Shown in pieces: positions 1-14,979 of a stretch of 64,000 nucleotides of DNA. Source of the DNA: Trichoplax sp. H2 (lineage: Eukaryota); NCBI GenBank assembly GCA_003344405.1, contig NOWV01000010.1:744001-808000 (forward strand), given 5' to 3'. Both the position numbers and the translations under genes were made by a program. A model generated the notes under the pieces. The model ran no database searches, had not been told where the DNA came from, and was given only the letters and a program-made list of their open reading frames with translations. The stretch's first letter is position 1. The number at the start of each line of letters is the position of its first letter.

Positions 1-57
1 TAAACATCAAATGAAAGAATGGCATGTAAACCAGACTATCACTTTGGTATTGATTAC

Positions 58-3000
58 CTGGCAACCTTCCAATGGATCGTAGCCGTAGGCTTGTGGAGCA
101 CAAGTATCACAATACTTTCCTTCAACATGTGGTGGACAGTCACAGTTTCCAGTCGAAGCGTCGCATGCACCTCCGGTTTTTGAGCAATTACAAGGCGCAC
201 AACCATCTTTTGTAAAGTTCCAGTAGCCTCTAGCGCATCTACATATAAAGCGGATTCAATTTAATATTGTATTACAATGATTGATGGATAACATGCCTAA
301 AAGGAAAGCTTATACACAATACTGATCAATGTTAGTCATAATATCATAAATTAAAGAAAATATGTTACCTGCTGCAATCCCGTCCTCCGATGCCAGGCTT
401 ACATGGACATTGACCAGAACTGGTATCGCAACTTGATAAAGGGCTAACCGAGCCCACTGGATGACAATCGCAACTTTTGCAACTTGAGTTACTTTCTAGT
501 CCATAATAGCCAACCTATATAAAATTAAATCCTTTACTTAATAAGATATTACAGGAAACAGGTTATAGAGAAAAAAAATTGAGCCTATGGAAGATTCTAA
601 TAACAGTTCTATGATGTGTTTACAAATAAGTATTGAACACCTATGGTGCTTCTTAATACGGTATAAAAATATAGATGCATTAAATGTATAGACAAGAACT
701 ACAATATAGTTGTAATGATATTTATAAGTCTTTTTGCCTATAAAGTCCGATATCTATTACAAAATAAAAGTGTAGCTCAAATCGATCATTAAGCTAGGAA
801 TAAAACTGACTACAGGGTGATTTTCATGATAATGAAACCAAAGCCTTTCATAGATACCTACATACATATTCGACGCCTACTGCATATTTTAATGACGGCG
901 CCCCAGTTGCTACATCATTAAAGTACAGGAACGCCAGCTACAGGATAATTTTAAAGAATAATAATAACTGTAAACTTTATGCTTACGTACTCGACACTTA
1001 TCGCACGTTCGTCCAATAACAAATGGCTTACAAGGACATTCTCCGTTATTTTTGTCACATGCTTGGCTTCTGGATCCGAACTGATTACATCCACATGCTT
1101 ATGTAATATAAATTGCAATTTATTTAGACTATATGTGATTAACTGGTAATGATTGAAATCGTTACAGCAAATAGCCGAAACTCATCGTCAAATAAAATTG
1201 AAAATTTCAATTAAATTATAAAGCCATTTAAAATCATGAAAAATAAATGATAAAAAAGTCAATTTTGTAGAATGAGTTTCAAGGAGCTTCCATAACATGT
1301 GCTTACCTCTGCAGTTTTTTAAAGTGACTGCATCACCATAATAATCATCAGCACATACTTGACATTGATCTCCTGTTGTATTGCCTTGGCATTTTAAGCA
1401 AACACCAGTTGTTGTATTACAATTTCCTTGTAGCGAAAGGTTGATATTACCACTACAATTACAAGGTCGGCAAGTTTGATTAATTTCTTTAGGATTGCCA
1501 TAGTAGCCATCAGAACAACTCTGACAAGTTTGTCCAGTATAACCAGTTGAACAGTTAGTACAAAGTAAATTAACGCCATCAGCTAGTAATTGACATGTTG
1601 GACTAAAGTTATTGCTGGCCACAGATAAAGGACACGCACATTGTTTACAATCATTAGGCGTTCCATACGTAGCATTGCCATAATAACCTTATAAATGATC
1701 ATTTAATTAAAAAACACTTTGAATTAAGATAATAAGATTATTACCTTTAATCAAGTCGCTTACCTAACTGGCATTGTCCACAGTCACTACCTTGGGTGTT
1801 ATGTTGACAGTTATAACAGATACCAGTAATATCGTCGCAGGAATCAGTATGATTGTTACATTTGCATGGTATACATTTGCCATTTAATTGACCATTTTCG
1901 CGACGATATCCAGTTGTACATCTCTATTGAAGACAAGTAATATGATATAAAACGAAAGCGATAGTACAATTGTATCTAATTTTATATTATAATAATCATG
2001 ATTAAAGTCGATGATATGCCATCCAGTAATTTAAACGTAAAAAATTCGGTGTTACTTTAAAATATTGATTTGATTTACTTCACATGATAATCCAGCGTAT
2101 CCAGTAGGACACTGGCATTTTTCTACTTTAACTGTACCATCTGAACTGTAAGTCCCTTCAATTCCTTTCGTCAGAGTGATATTACTAACGTAGGAATTTC
2201 TTTGATTAGAAATAAAACTTAGACGGATAAATACTCCTGTTACATGATTCAATGTCATCATAAATTGTTCACGAGTTACTGGATTGCCAGTGCTGTTGTG
2301 GGTCCATTCAGTCTATTGATTTTGTATACAGTAAAAGCAATATTATATATTGATTGATAATAATAATATGTACCCATTAAAAAGAGAATAGAAATAGTTA
2401 TTAATTCATAGATATTGATACATAGTATCTGAATCATTAATTTTCGTCTTAAATCAGTTGTTACCTCTAATAGTCGTGCTTGAACTTCTCCTAGAACATC
2501 GAATTTTAAAGGTTGTGCTTGATTCCTCAATCTCATGCCATTACTACCAATAATAACTATTTCTGGTCGAAATTCTCGAGTTACTGTCAATGTGGTAACG
2601 TACTGTAATGTATATCGAAAATTTTCACCATACGATGTCAACTAAGATTTAAAAATAGCCAGAAAAATAGTTAAATTAAGAGAGTATAAGCTATGGTGCA
2701 TTGCAACGCTGGTAGTTTAGTGGGTATTTTATAATAAATAAATGTTAAATATTTACAATAAATTAAATATTATTAATTAATTATATGTCACAATCAATCT
2801 TATTAGAAGTACCAAATTTCCGGTATATTCATTAGGAGCTTGCCAGTGGAATGTGTCAGCTCCATCAGTAAGGTTATAGTTAAGTCTATTATGCTGTACT
2901 ATTACTGGAAAAGAATTTTGATTTCTGACATCATAAACTTTCCAGCCGCTTAGAGAGCTGACCTGTAGTAATTATGAAAGAGGAAATAATTAGTATCGTC

Positions 3001-6000
3001 ATCATATCCTTAGCTTATGGTGTCACGTTGGCCATCTAATGTAGCTGCTATATAAATAAAATTATTTTACCTGTTTCTTAACTAAATTTGAACTACTACA
3101 AGTTGATGTCAAGTTGAAGCAATAGCATTTTGTACACCCGACAGGATCATTATTATCCAATCCATATGTACCCGGTTTACATTGACGACAACCACTTCCT
3201 TGAACATTAGGCTATACAATTGATCAAGTTATAGTATGGTAAGAATTGAAAATATTCAATATTAACGATAAATAATACCTTGCATTGGCAATTAGTACTT
3301 TGACAAGTGGAATTAACACTGCCGAATGGATTACATCGACAAGGGCTACATATCGGAAAACCATCAAACCCGATAGCGCATCGATCACATTTGCTTCCTG
3401 TGACATATTGCTTACAGAAACAGTCTCCAGAGTTCTATTTATATATAACATGAGAATTTAAAACATATAGTATATGACTACCTAGAGCTATAGGATGCTC
3501 ACTTAAAAGTAAATCTATTGCAGGGATAATACAACATGGAATAATAAATATCAGTAATGTTGGATTTAAATAAGACTAGAAAGCGTTATTAATAGAGAGA
3601 TTGAATTAAAGTATTGGTATTTTTTGGATAGCTAAATCGATAAAAAAGAAATCGACTTACCATTTGTGGATAACTACGAGCTTCTTCTTCATCTCTTATA
3701 CAAGATCCAGTTGGTCTTCCTGGTTCATCACGTATTCCAGCTGCATTGCATCCACATGCTTGGCATGCATCTATGGCACTGCGTGAAACACCAGTTGGTC
3801 GATAATAGAGATATTTACATCGTTGGCAATTTATGCCTTCAGTATTATGCTGGCAATTTTGACAGATTCCACCACCTTGATAATTACCATGAATATCTAA
3901 ACTTTGATTTTGATCCGCTATCGTCTGATTATATAGACACTGATTGGTATGATTGAAGCATTGACAAGCTGGATTTTTAAAATAAGAATAAAAGGTTTAA
4001 TCGATTCCTGTAATTCAGTCTCAAAGCTACGATAAAATTATTTTCTCGATGCTGATAATAAATCATTCTAAATAATTCTTGGTATTTTAATCGTGATAGA
4101 TTCAAAAATGAGTGTAAATAACAGTTGATTATACTAACGTTCACAAGCATTGGATGAATTTTCAGCAGCTGGTTTCCATGACTTTTGAATAAATGAGTCA
4201 CAACATCTATCACAAGATGGTCCACAAGTATTACGCTCGCATAAGCAACTATAGCTGTCGGTTGTGCTGCTATATTCGCATCGTCTAGCATGTCCATTAC
4301 ACATGCATTCCCCGCTTACTGTAATTCCTTTGATAGAGTAGAAATACTAATAGCAAGATAATGATATCAACGAAGAAATTAGTAATTGCTAAAACTTGTC
4401 CTAAATATTTGTCAATGTCATAATACTGGTAGCATTTTACCCTATCAGTAACTGAGGCATCTTGTATTTCAGGGCTCTGAATATCACCTCCTAGGGTACG
4501 TATTTGCAACAATCTTAATCGTACATATCGTGCAGATAGAAAATTCTATAATGAAGCAATAGGCATTCGATATTAAAAATAAAATGCATATGGGAACAAA
4601 ATTATGGTTATGTGTAATCGACAAGATCTAAACTAATACGGAAAGATAATTTCTTTCCTTATTGTTGACATTGTGAATATTACCCTTAATTCTTCAGTAT
4701 AACCACTAATTCTAGAGCCAGGTCTCCCAGTTAAAAATTGAGCGATTACCTAGTCAAGTAGAATCCTATCGTTTAAAAATGGAATCTAAAAATGCATCCT
4801 GCAATCTTAGTGGGATTAATATTATGCCTAGTTACAAGCTAAGATAGATATTGTTGATATCCTATAAATAAATTTAGTAAAGCTTAACATCTTAAATATA
4901 ATTTAAAGGTAGAAATAATTTAAAATAATAAGTGCAGGAAAGAAATTGATAGCACTATACATTACCTGAGCATTTTGAAATTGATTAGCAACGATGCCGG
5001 TAGTAACGCATATAACTTGGCTATCGCTGGAAAATATACCATCTGGATTAGTTTCAGTCTTGAATTGATCGTAGCACTCTGATTCAGATTGTGCGTAATA
5101 TTGCCAAGCAGTAAAACTTCGCCCATCTAAAGAGCGTTCAAGGACCCATCGAGCAGGTGCAGGAGAATTAGCGGTAGCCAAAATAATGTAGGTTACCCTA
5201 AAAATCTAAGTAAATCAATCATTGCTCATTAATACAATATTATACATAGCGGTACATAATACAGTATAAGATTGATGAAATCATAATTATACGGGTACAG
5301 TAAGCATTCTTTAATTGTATCCTTAACGTGTGTTGCTATGGATATCATAGGTAATTGGGATAGTTATTGATGTTATTCGTTGTTAATTAAAGATACTTAC
5401 GCACATGCACTGTAAACTAAGATCGAAATGAGGACTGATGTCAGTAATTGACTAAATTAACTCTTTAACAAAATGCAAGCATTACTAATTGTCAACTCCG
5501 ATAGTATGGTCGCGTACATTCATATAGACATATATCCATATAGAACGTGCAGTACGTGTATGATGATGAAAATGTGAGGCAATAAAGTGTTCTAACAACT
5601 TCGACATTAGTTTTTTTTAGGCCTAATACAAGTATGCACAACGATACTGTTGTTATCATAGACTTCATGTACTGGATTTTCAGTCTATTGCTACGATGCA
5701 TTATATTCAGTAAATTTTTTGAACGACTATATCATCTTATTCAGTTACATTATAACTATCTGAATATCAAACTGGGTAAAGACTTTTAGTCTAATGGTAT
5801 GATGATGATTAGTCAAGAAATTTGCTATTTTTTTAGCTAGATTGCAGTTTAAATCGAACGTTCATCATTAATAATCGTTAGTATAAGAAAAAATAGCCCG
5901 GGCATGATTGATTTGTATAACGCGTTTATCGAATAAATCAAATATTGTGATTTATCATTTATTTAATTAAAACGTTGATCGTATATCCAAATTTCTTGAG

Positions 6001-6418
6001 AGCATATAGACTTGAGTACAATAAGGAAAATAGAAGAAGGTGGAATTTTTGAAAGACACTGTAGTTCAGGCTAACTTACCTGTTTAAGATCTAAAGTGAT
6101 GGTTACGTTATTATAGTCGAAACCATTTGTTAACGTTGGAGATTGCCACCATTTTTCTGTTCCGTCGATAGCATATCCTATTGGATGGCGTTGATTGCTT
6201 GGAGCATTAGCAGTATTATCGCAAGTTGAACAACTATCTGGCCGATCCAGTAGGCAAAAATTTTCCGGCCTATTAGTACCACATGTTGCGCTAGCAGCTA
6301 TAGAAGAAGACGTTGCTAAATCGCGAACGCTTGCATCTAAAATTTGTCCTTGTACTAACGACGCTGTTAAAGTTACTACTAAAATAATTGAAGAGATAAA
6401 CTGATCTACGGTTTTCAT
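58..6418 (-). CDS. LAMA1/2-like: Laminin alpha chain (alpha1/2-type), 5' part; multi-exon, continues past the left window edge
   Basis: ATG at 6418 gives a signal peptide ([24 protein letters not shown]). LN domain follows ([33 protein letters not shown]), then Cys-rich LE repeats, an L4/LamB domain ([10 protein letters not shown]...[16 protein letters not shown]) and further LE repeats. Introns checked are GT-AG. LN-LE-L4-LE order matches alpha1/2. Confidence 0.93.
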
Positions 6419-8743
6419 ATTCTCTGATAGATGGACTTGTCTCTTATCGATAATCAATCGATAATCTAATAAAGGATAAAGGGAGAAATCTGGTAATTTT
6501 TTCCTTTTTCTCTTATCTTATTTCTAGTTGCTCTCTCCTCGATTGCTATCTTCCGTGAAAATTCAATGACACCTAGTATGCCCCCTCTGTGGCCTAGAAC
6601 TTTAATCTAGCTAATAGCAGTTGCGAAATTGGTAAATTTATATAGAATATGATTATTGAGAAGTTAAAAATATGCTTGAAATTTTACTTTATTATGCAAA
6701 TTTATTGAAAATGGATTGTTTACCTGATTCTTTCCACGTACGAAGTACATTAAGCATTTGACAACGAATCAGACCACTGCAATGTTATTAAATAAATAAT
6801 CAAAATCTAATTGGAGCTTGATCATGACTCTGCTTTCAAATGCTTTCTTTACTCGTAATCTATCACCCTCCATGACACTGTATGAATTCGCTCACCTGTC
6901 TATTAGCACTATAAGTAATCAAAAATAATTCGACTCCAACTGTCTACCAATGATTTCAAGAATGCAAATACTGTATAATAATCAATTTGCTCCCACCCCT
7001 AGACTACTCTACTGTAAGAATAGACTAACTAACTACATCGATTGTACATCGAATAAATAATTCATACCCGGCATGAACTAATAGAAGGTATAATTGCCAG
7101 TAGTCCATGTACTGTGCCTTAGTCTACCATCGATCAATCTTTCTCGAGTTCATCTACCCTATAAATTCATGATACCTTATGTGATTACATTAAGAATTTT
7201 ACTTCAGATCAGCCTATGCGCTTTTTTTATTATTTGCTCAGGCACGATAAGAGAAAAAATTCTTGTTAGAAAATTCTGATAGCATCTAGTAAGAAAGGGC
7301 AATCGATCTACCCAATTTGATGTTATTACTGATTTAGAACAAGAAGCTTCATATTCATTCTGATAAGTTCTTCTAGTTACGGTGAAATAATTTCTATTTT
7401 GTAGCACTACTCGCTAATGTTTTGTATAAAAAGGCAATGGTACATTGTAGAGAAAAACTTAGCTGTTCTATTCAAATCAAGCAACATTTTTATTGACTAA
7501 ATCAGCGAGATAGAGTCAGTTGAAATCAAATCAAATCAAGGTACAGCAAGACAATTTACGACAGTATTAAAATCATAATCATTCTGTTTTCCATTTTTAC
7601 CACAACAGAACTCAACTAGGATGAAATAAAAATGGCCCTACTGGATAAACGATCGGTCAAAGTACTCTAGCGGCTTTGTAGGAATGATTATGGCACCGTA
7701 GGGTCGTCGAAAATAGGCCCCAAGTGACGTTTTGAAATAATTATATATGCACGGGTATAATTAATTAGCTGCGTTGATATTCCATTGAGTCCAGAGCATT
7801 GAACATTCTATCTACCAAGTATGATTCGGCGGCTAACATGTAGCGCTTGCATACACATGCTTGGCGGATATTCCTGCTTAATAGTCACTAGAATATTGAT
7901 ACAGTAAGTATACTATCCCAAATTTGTACCAATTTTAAAATTTTTTTCTTGATGCATATGAATTACTACATGGAACTAGGACATAGTTGCAGTCGACTAC
8001 TAAATCAACGTACTTGTACTCAAGGTACATCATCAAGCAGTGCGCAAAATAAATTCCTCCAACATGGACTACTGTATCATTTCAAATAAACATCGCAGAG
8101 AAGCTTAATGATAACGCCATCAATCGTTTGAATAGCTAACACTAATAACTAATGATCTGACGATAAATCCGGTGATCTATTTCGATTCAAGTGAGCGCGC
8201 TGTTCCTCTTCTGTACTGTACATAGTAATCTACATACGCACTAGGCATTAGTGCCTTGCAAAATAGGACGCATAGCACGTACACTAAACTAGCTCTAGCC
8301 ATTTTGCATAAAATACTTTGCACACTTGATTTAAGTTGTCCTCCTGATCCATTTTTAGATATATCCATATATGTCTAATGTATCATTAATAAGACAGCTA
8401 TAATTAAGAAACGAAGTATATAAGTTAATTTACGCAAAATGGCTATATCGGAGTGAATAAGAAGAAAGCTGCAAAAAGCACGACTGTATAGTACAGTACA
8501 TTAGACCATCCAAACATATTAAAATGATTTCTAATCTTGACTTTCTCTAATCGACAACATTTTAAAAATATATAATATAATCTATTACCGTTGTATACTG
8601 GTCGAAGTATCAGCCGTTGTTTTTATTTAGTACTACTGCAAACTCCCGTCGCTTTGCTGACGGTTTACGATAATGTGCTCATTTAACAGATAGTATTACC
8701 ATTTGATAGACCTGTCAGAGGTTCAGTAACTTTTTACCGTGTA

Positions 8744-9035
8744 CTCGGAGAGCTCCGAGAGTTTTTTTTTAGTATATGGGAAATTTTTTTTACTTAGTGG
8801 CTTTAGAGGGGGAGGGGGAGCTCTTAATTAATTAATTGAGTAGTCCCTCGGAGAGCTCCGAGAGGGGTAAGCAAAGGTTGGATATTATTCAAATGGTCCA
8901 TTTTTGTCATTTCCAGATGGGTGTCCGGCCGTCCGTTTTCAAGTGGCAGACATGGCCACTTGGTCAGTCTGTACTGTACAGTGTACAGTACCAGTCGATT
9001 ACTCAACAGTACTGTACACTGTAGACTAGCCAATC
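8744..9035. promoter_or_regulatory. Palindrome-rich promoter region upstream of FBXO25/32 (divergent to laminin)
   Basis: Twice CTCGGAGAGCTCCGAGAG; 15-bp inverted repeat 8977-8991/9009-9023; TAGCCAATC box near 9027; ~160 bp before the ATG. Confidence 0.55.
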
Positions 9036-9191
9036 TGTAAACAAAACAACTCCAAATCGTAGTAGTAGCACCAGTCCATCATCGTCAACAATTTTTTTCC
9101 TTTTAAAGTAGATTGCGGAAGAGCATTTTTGGATAGTCTGTTTTTCTTGACTTCTTGACAGATTTCATTGACAAAATTGGTAAAGACAAGC

Positions 9192-12100
9192 ATGGCTTAT
9201 GTTGGTGGTGCATGGCGTACATCAGGTTATGTTTGGCGAAAAACGGAGAACGGTTGGAAAACAGTCGATGCTACTCGTGTAACGATGACGTAAGTACTGT
9301 CGATCACAGAAAGATCCAAGATGGATTTACTCTCGACTCTATTTTCATCCACTATCTTCATCGTTTTCATCACAAATAGAGGATTTAGAAAAATGAAAAA
9401 GTACTCTGTTCTGTTGTTCTTACGATAGAGTTGTATTGGTACTTTAAACGATGAAACCCAATAAATAATAATATTACTTTACTATGCCGTGTTATTGCGC
9501 CAAATGAATCAATGGATTCGTTCTCCAAAGTAAGATAGTCAATCCATTCAGTCATGGTCCGACTCATGGACGAATAGAAATAGACTTGACTTTCTGTCCA
9601 TTCTACAGAACAGAATCTATTTCCCTAGATACTATATGGGTATTTTTAATGCTAGAAATGAAAAAGAAATGATGGAACGTAAATGAATTGAATAGAGCGA
9701 TCCATTATTTCCATACCAAGTTCCGATGGATCGCTCGCTATCTTACCGTCTTCGTAATATTATTATCATTTTTTAGCGATTGTTCACTTGAAATCGAATC
9801 GTAATTATCGCCCTACTGTAATACTATAGAATGGATCATTTCAAAGGGAAGTATACACACCGAATGAGTAATTCACATACGATTAAGAATGACTAAAAGG
9901 GATAAAACAACCTTGAACACTTCATTAAGAAATTGGACAGAAATAACATTATATAATACAATACAGCGTATTGATACATTCATAATAACGCATCCATACT
10001 ACAGTATATAGTGTACTGTATAGTTTCTTCTATCCAATGAAGTACACTGCATACTATATAGAAGAGACAGCATTAAAAGTCAATCCAACTGATTACTTTG
10101 AGGCTTTCTCGTTCAACATTGTAACTAGTAAATTAACTTCTATTCATAATTGAAAGTTGTACACCATGCTAAATATGAATTTTAAACGATAAGGCACATG
10201 GACTACTATCGCGGTAATTAAACTAATACTTACTAGCCGACAGTAGTAACGACCGCTGTCGTTAGAACTTGAAAAGACCACTCTACTCCCTCTAATAGAG
10301 TACTGTACATTCATCTTAATCACGAAATAATAATAAACCAATTAAAAGTGAATGACAGGGTGGTTTCGTCAAGAGGATACTTATATGGATCGTCATAGAT
10401 TGTCCTTAATGATAATGCATTATCCAAAAACGTACATTCCTATCTCACCCATAATTCAATTAAACTAGATTAAATTTAATTCAATTCTGATAAACGTAAT
10501 TCGTGTTTGCAATACAGGACTAAGTAACTTGGCTTTCAGTAGATAATTACAATCAATACAGCGCTATATATCCAACGATGAGAATAGCACAGACAGACAT
10601 ATTATGTCTCATCGATCATGATTTAGGATCATGAATAATAATGTTACGATAACAGATGATAACGGATTAAAAGCACCGGCTGTAAAAAAAATTGTACTGA
10701 CAATGCTACTTATAGTATACCAATATTCATTGATAAAATTATCATCAATTTAATACGATTAAACGATGATCATATAAGATTGCTATTCATTGTCTACAAC
10801 TCTTCCATACTGCTGTAAACGATATTCATATCTTTGCAAATATACGCGTATATTAAGAATGAATGATAATATACCCAGCTCGCGAAATCGGCCTCCTAGT
10901 ATGTTATATCGTCGAACCCATAATCTAAAATAGTCCAAAGATTTCTTGTACTGTTTCTCTATCAATTTATTAATAGTGACTATCATACGATTATTCTAAT
11001 GGCACAATGCAGTATTTGCTAAATAATATACTGATTCTTATAGCATCTCAGCAATAATATTTAGTTATAATACATACAGTACAATCACTTATTAATACTT
11101 TATTCAGTACAATACGCGTATCATATATCGTTTTTACAATAGTTCTAATCGAGATTTCACGTATACAGTAACTACAATTTTATGTCTGCCACAACTAGTG
11201 TTATAGCATTGATATCTTCTATCGTACGAGAAAGACTCTGCTTATTATCAATACTTTGTTATATAATTAGCGAATAAAACATCTATAACCGATTATAATG
11301 TTCAATCTTCTATCGACGGTCTCAGACCTCGCAATAATTAAGATATCTGCTAAAATTAATCGTAAAAAGTACGCCTAAATCTGAATTATTGATCCTTTTA
11401 TTAGCGTACTATCAATCGCATTAGTGAAAAGCTAATCAATATGTAAGATAGAAATTTCCATTCTGGTATGATGGATTTAACAAGTACCACAAGCTTACGT
11501 TACGTTATCATAGTATTCGTATTTTTGTTGAATATTGATAGTGGTAAAACACATCATTATCTTCATGCTCATCAAAGATATATCATATGCATTATTCTAT
11601 GTTATACAGAAACCCGAAAGAACAACCATCTTTACCAGCAAAAACTGGAAAGAATGAAAGTGATGGTAGGAATCCCAGTAATCTAATTATTTGATACATA
11701 CCGAATAATAACTACAATTTTTTTCTTAATGATATCTTTTTTCAAAGTAAATCAGCCCACCCGTTACATTTCAATTTTCAGAAATAGCCGAGAGGTTAGC
11801 AATAGCGCAGTAAGAATCATAAAATCGTGATCGCTATAGCATAATATGCACGAGTTATACAGACTGATATGATAGCACAGTAATTGTAGCTCTGTAAGGA
11901 AATACAGGATAACAAATATACTCTTAAAAGTCTAATTTCATAATAAGTAATTTAGGATAAAAGAAATGAGACTTGGCATTGCTTGATTCTCTCTTCCTTA
12001 TTTTAATCATAGCTCTCTTATTATCGTTCGCTTGGTGATGTCATGGACAAGTTAGATTTAAATGGAGCATTGCACGATTATAGTCGATTTCTATACGTCT

Positions 12101-14229
12101 GTAAAGTAAGTAAAATTAAACGTAAAATTTTCAACTCTTGAGTTAAAAATGAAGTGATTCATTTCCTCGCGTGTATAATTAGTAACTTATCAAGCATTAG
12201 ATATACCATAGAGATTATAACTCAACTATTTAAATTCGATCTAATTCCACTATTACCGCTTACGCCTTGTATTCTAGAACAACCTATACTTTAATATTTG
12301 TTTTGTACAGTTGCTCTCTGCTTATTGTGGTAATTTGTTAGAGTTTTAATAATATATCAGATGAATACATTATGGCAAATATTTCGCTTAGAATCTTTCC
12401 TACAACTTCTTACTATAAAGCTATGCTTAGGTTACTACTTACATATAATCACTATGGGAATTACTTAGTACTATAGCTACCGTATTAAAACTACTGTACT
12501 GTGTTGAATTTATTAATCAAATCTCTATTTCGCAACATCACTATATAATGCTAAAATTATAAAGTTTAATTGATATTTACATATTCCAGTATCAATAATT
12601 TTAAAAACTAATTGCAATTCTGCTTATTTTTGATTACTCGATGATTCAAAACCAATCAATTGTACCGCAAGATTATCCAAGAAATTGTCGAACATAAACT
12701 ATTATCGCTTGGAAGTTCATCTCTGACATATCTGTATAATTTGATTGATAACGCAGTAAAATTAGGTATATATTTTATAAGCAACGATAATAGAATTGTG
12801 CAATCACCTATGCCTTAAATAATAACGATAGTAATTTCCACATCAATATAGCTTTACAGTGGCACGCTTTCAGGTTGCATGTCAGGCGGTTAATAAATAT
12901 CACGGTGAAGATAATTGAAAAAGGTATACTTACCAGAGATTCGGGATATTATATAAAGTAACAATAAGTTTATACATCTATTTCACTAACTGAAAGGTAT
13001 CACATTTCTTCTTTTTATAAATAATCTTATCTCAGAATACAATCACTTAATTGGCAGTTTAACTGTTTGGAAAGATAGATTAAAACATCTCCGACAATGT
13101 GAACTAAAGCTAACTAATGATGAGGTAATCATCCTAAATATTTAGCTATACTGGTTGTTTTTGATTTACTTATTGCTTATTACAAAAAATATCTTAGGTT
13201 AACATTTCTTCGGAAAATGATCATTTGCAATTGATGGATATTCCTGACGATTGTCTTCAATACATTATACTATTTCTCTCTGATCACCGAGACATAATAT
13301 CACTATCGGGTGTGAATAAGTAGGTTACCAAATTTGTCAATTACTTAAAACTTGGCCTAATTCCAGTTTATCGTTAGTGCACTAAATAAGAAATGATTTT
13401 CGTTATAAATCATTTTAAAAAATCAGGCGATTGAATTATTTCACTAATGAATCGTACACTTGGAGAAAGCTTTGTCAGTATCACTTCAGGAAAGAAGAGG
13501 TAATTACACGTACTTCAGCAGTTATTATATGGCATTTCTAAATTAAACATATCATTATATTTACCATTCGGCTATGAAAGGATTTTTTATCATGAATATA
13601 TAAGCGTTTTGTAACATTGCGTACTATTAACCAGTATAATATTTCACTTACGTAGATTGAAAAGTATTCCGAAAAGGATTACGATTGGAAAAGTATTTTT
13701 AAGATCTTGTATAAGTAGGTTATTCTATTTATTTAAAATATCTCGCTAAGAGGTATTTGTGAGATAGCCTTACGCGCTGTACTGCTGTTAAATTTTTCCT
13801 GATTAATTTCAGCTTTACTTATTCTCATTTCAACTCATCACAGAAAATATGGAATTCGACAAGACTCAGAATGCAAACCTTTATATCTCTGTGATCAATG
13901 TGGATTTGTTTATTGGCAGGTTAGTTAGACATGGTATAATCTTAGCCTCATTATGTTGATATTTGCCACTTTAATGAGTCGGCACCATGCGAAATTTTTG
14001 ATAACGTAATAGGCTAAAGTTGGATTACCGTTTCCTGTACAATCAATCATTTCCCCTAGATACCTTGTTAGCATTGTATTGGGATATTAGCAATCAAAAA
14101 TTAATTTATATTCACTGTCTCTTAATTTTAATCTAGAAATATGGACACCCTTGCTCATCTATAATCGATTTCGCCGGTGCTTGCACGCCTCTTACAGCAA
14201 GGAAACTAATAAGTCTATTTTCTACATAA
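9192..14229 (+). CDS. FBXO25/32: F-box protein of the FBXO25/FBXO32 (atrogin-1) family; many short exons, not captured by the ORF track
   Basis: Exon 1 (9192-9289) MAYVGGAWRTSGYVWRKTENGWK resembles the family N-terminus MPFLGQDWRSPGxxWVKTxDGWK. Exon near 12012 reads SLGDVMDKLDLNGALHDYSRFLYVCK. F-box-like LMDIPDDCLQYIILFLSDHRDI near 13230. C-terminal LCDQCGFVYWQ / YGHPCS...KLISLFST, stop 14227-14229. Exons between 9.3 and 12 kb are uncertain. Confidence 0.88.
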
Positions 14230-14979
14230 TTAAAATTATTCGATACAATTCTAAATTGTTTTCATTACTCGTTTACATCCCATATCAATTTTTAAAATCT
14301 CGAATTTAAAACATTTATTGTTACTATTAATTTCTTCACGGAAAAAGTCATTTTTATGTGTTTTGCAAGAAATTCTCTCACTATTATCCGAATATATGCC
14401 ATGCCCATTATTATAAACTATCGAATTCGAAACATTTATTACAATTAGTCTTAATTTCCTTGCTCGAAAGGTCTTTATGACTTTAATTTATGAACCTTCT
14501 TCGTCATAAAATACGTGATATAAATTATGCAGTCATAGTAACATCCAGATATTCGTTACATTATTACATTCCATTACTCTCTTGTACATCAATAAATAGA
14601 ATTAATAATAAGAGAGCGAATTTGCTCAAAGATTTAAAATAATTATAAAATATCGTGGCAAATATTTTCCATGTACAGTATGTAATAATTTTAGGCAATT
14701 TCTTTCTACCATATCGTCTGTAACATTCCAAATTTATAATTATTGGTAAAAACTATGCTAATTACTACACTGTTCCAAAGAAAATAAACTAGTAAAATTT
14801 AATTCTAACACTATTAACATATATTGTATTATCGAGTAATTTTATACTACATATACTTCGTAAGTTAATAATGATATTTAATATATCATTTAAATTACGT
14901 AACGGTAAATTTTGTATCGTAGTTGGTTTGAGACAAAACGATCTGATACAGAAGTATTAAATTGCTATAAGATATTAAG

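Noticed and set aside
5317-5328. GTATCCTTAAC resembling a U12 donor/branch site
   Set aside because: On the strand opposite to laminin with no associated exon.
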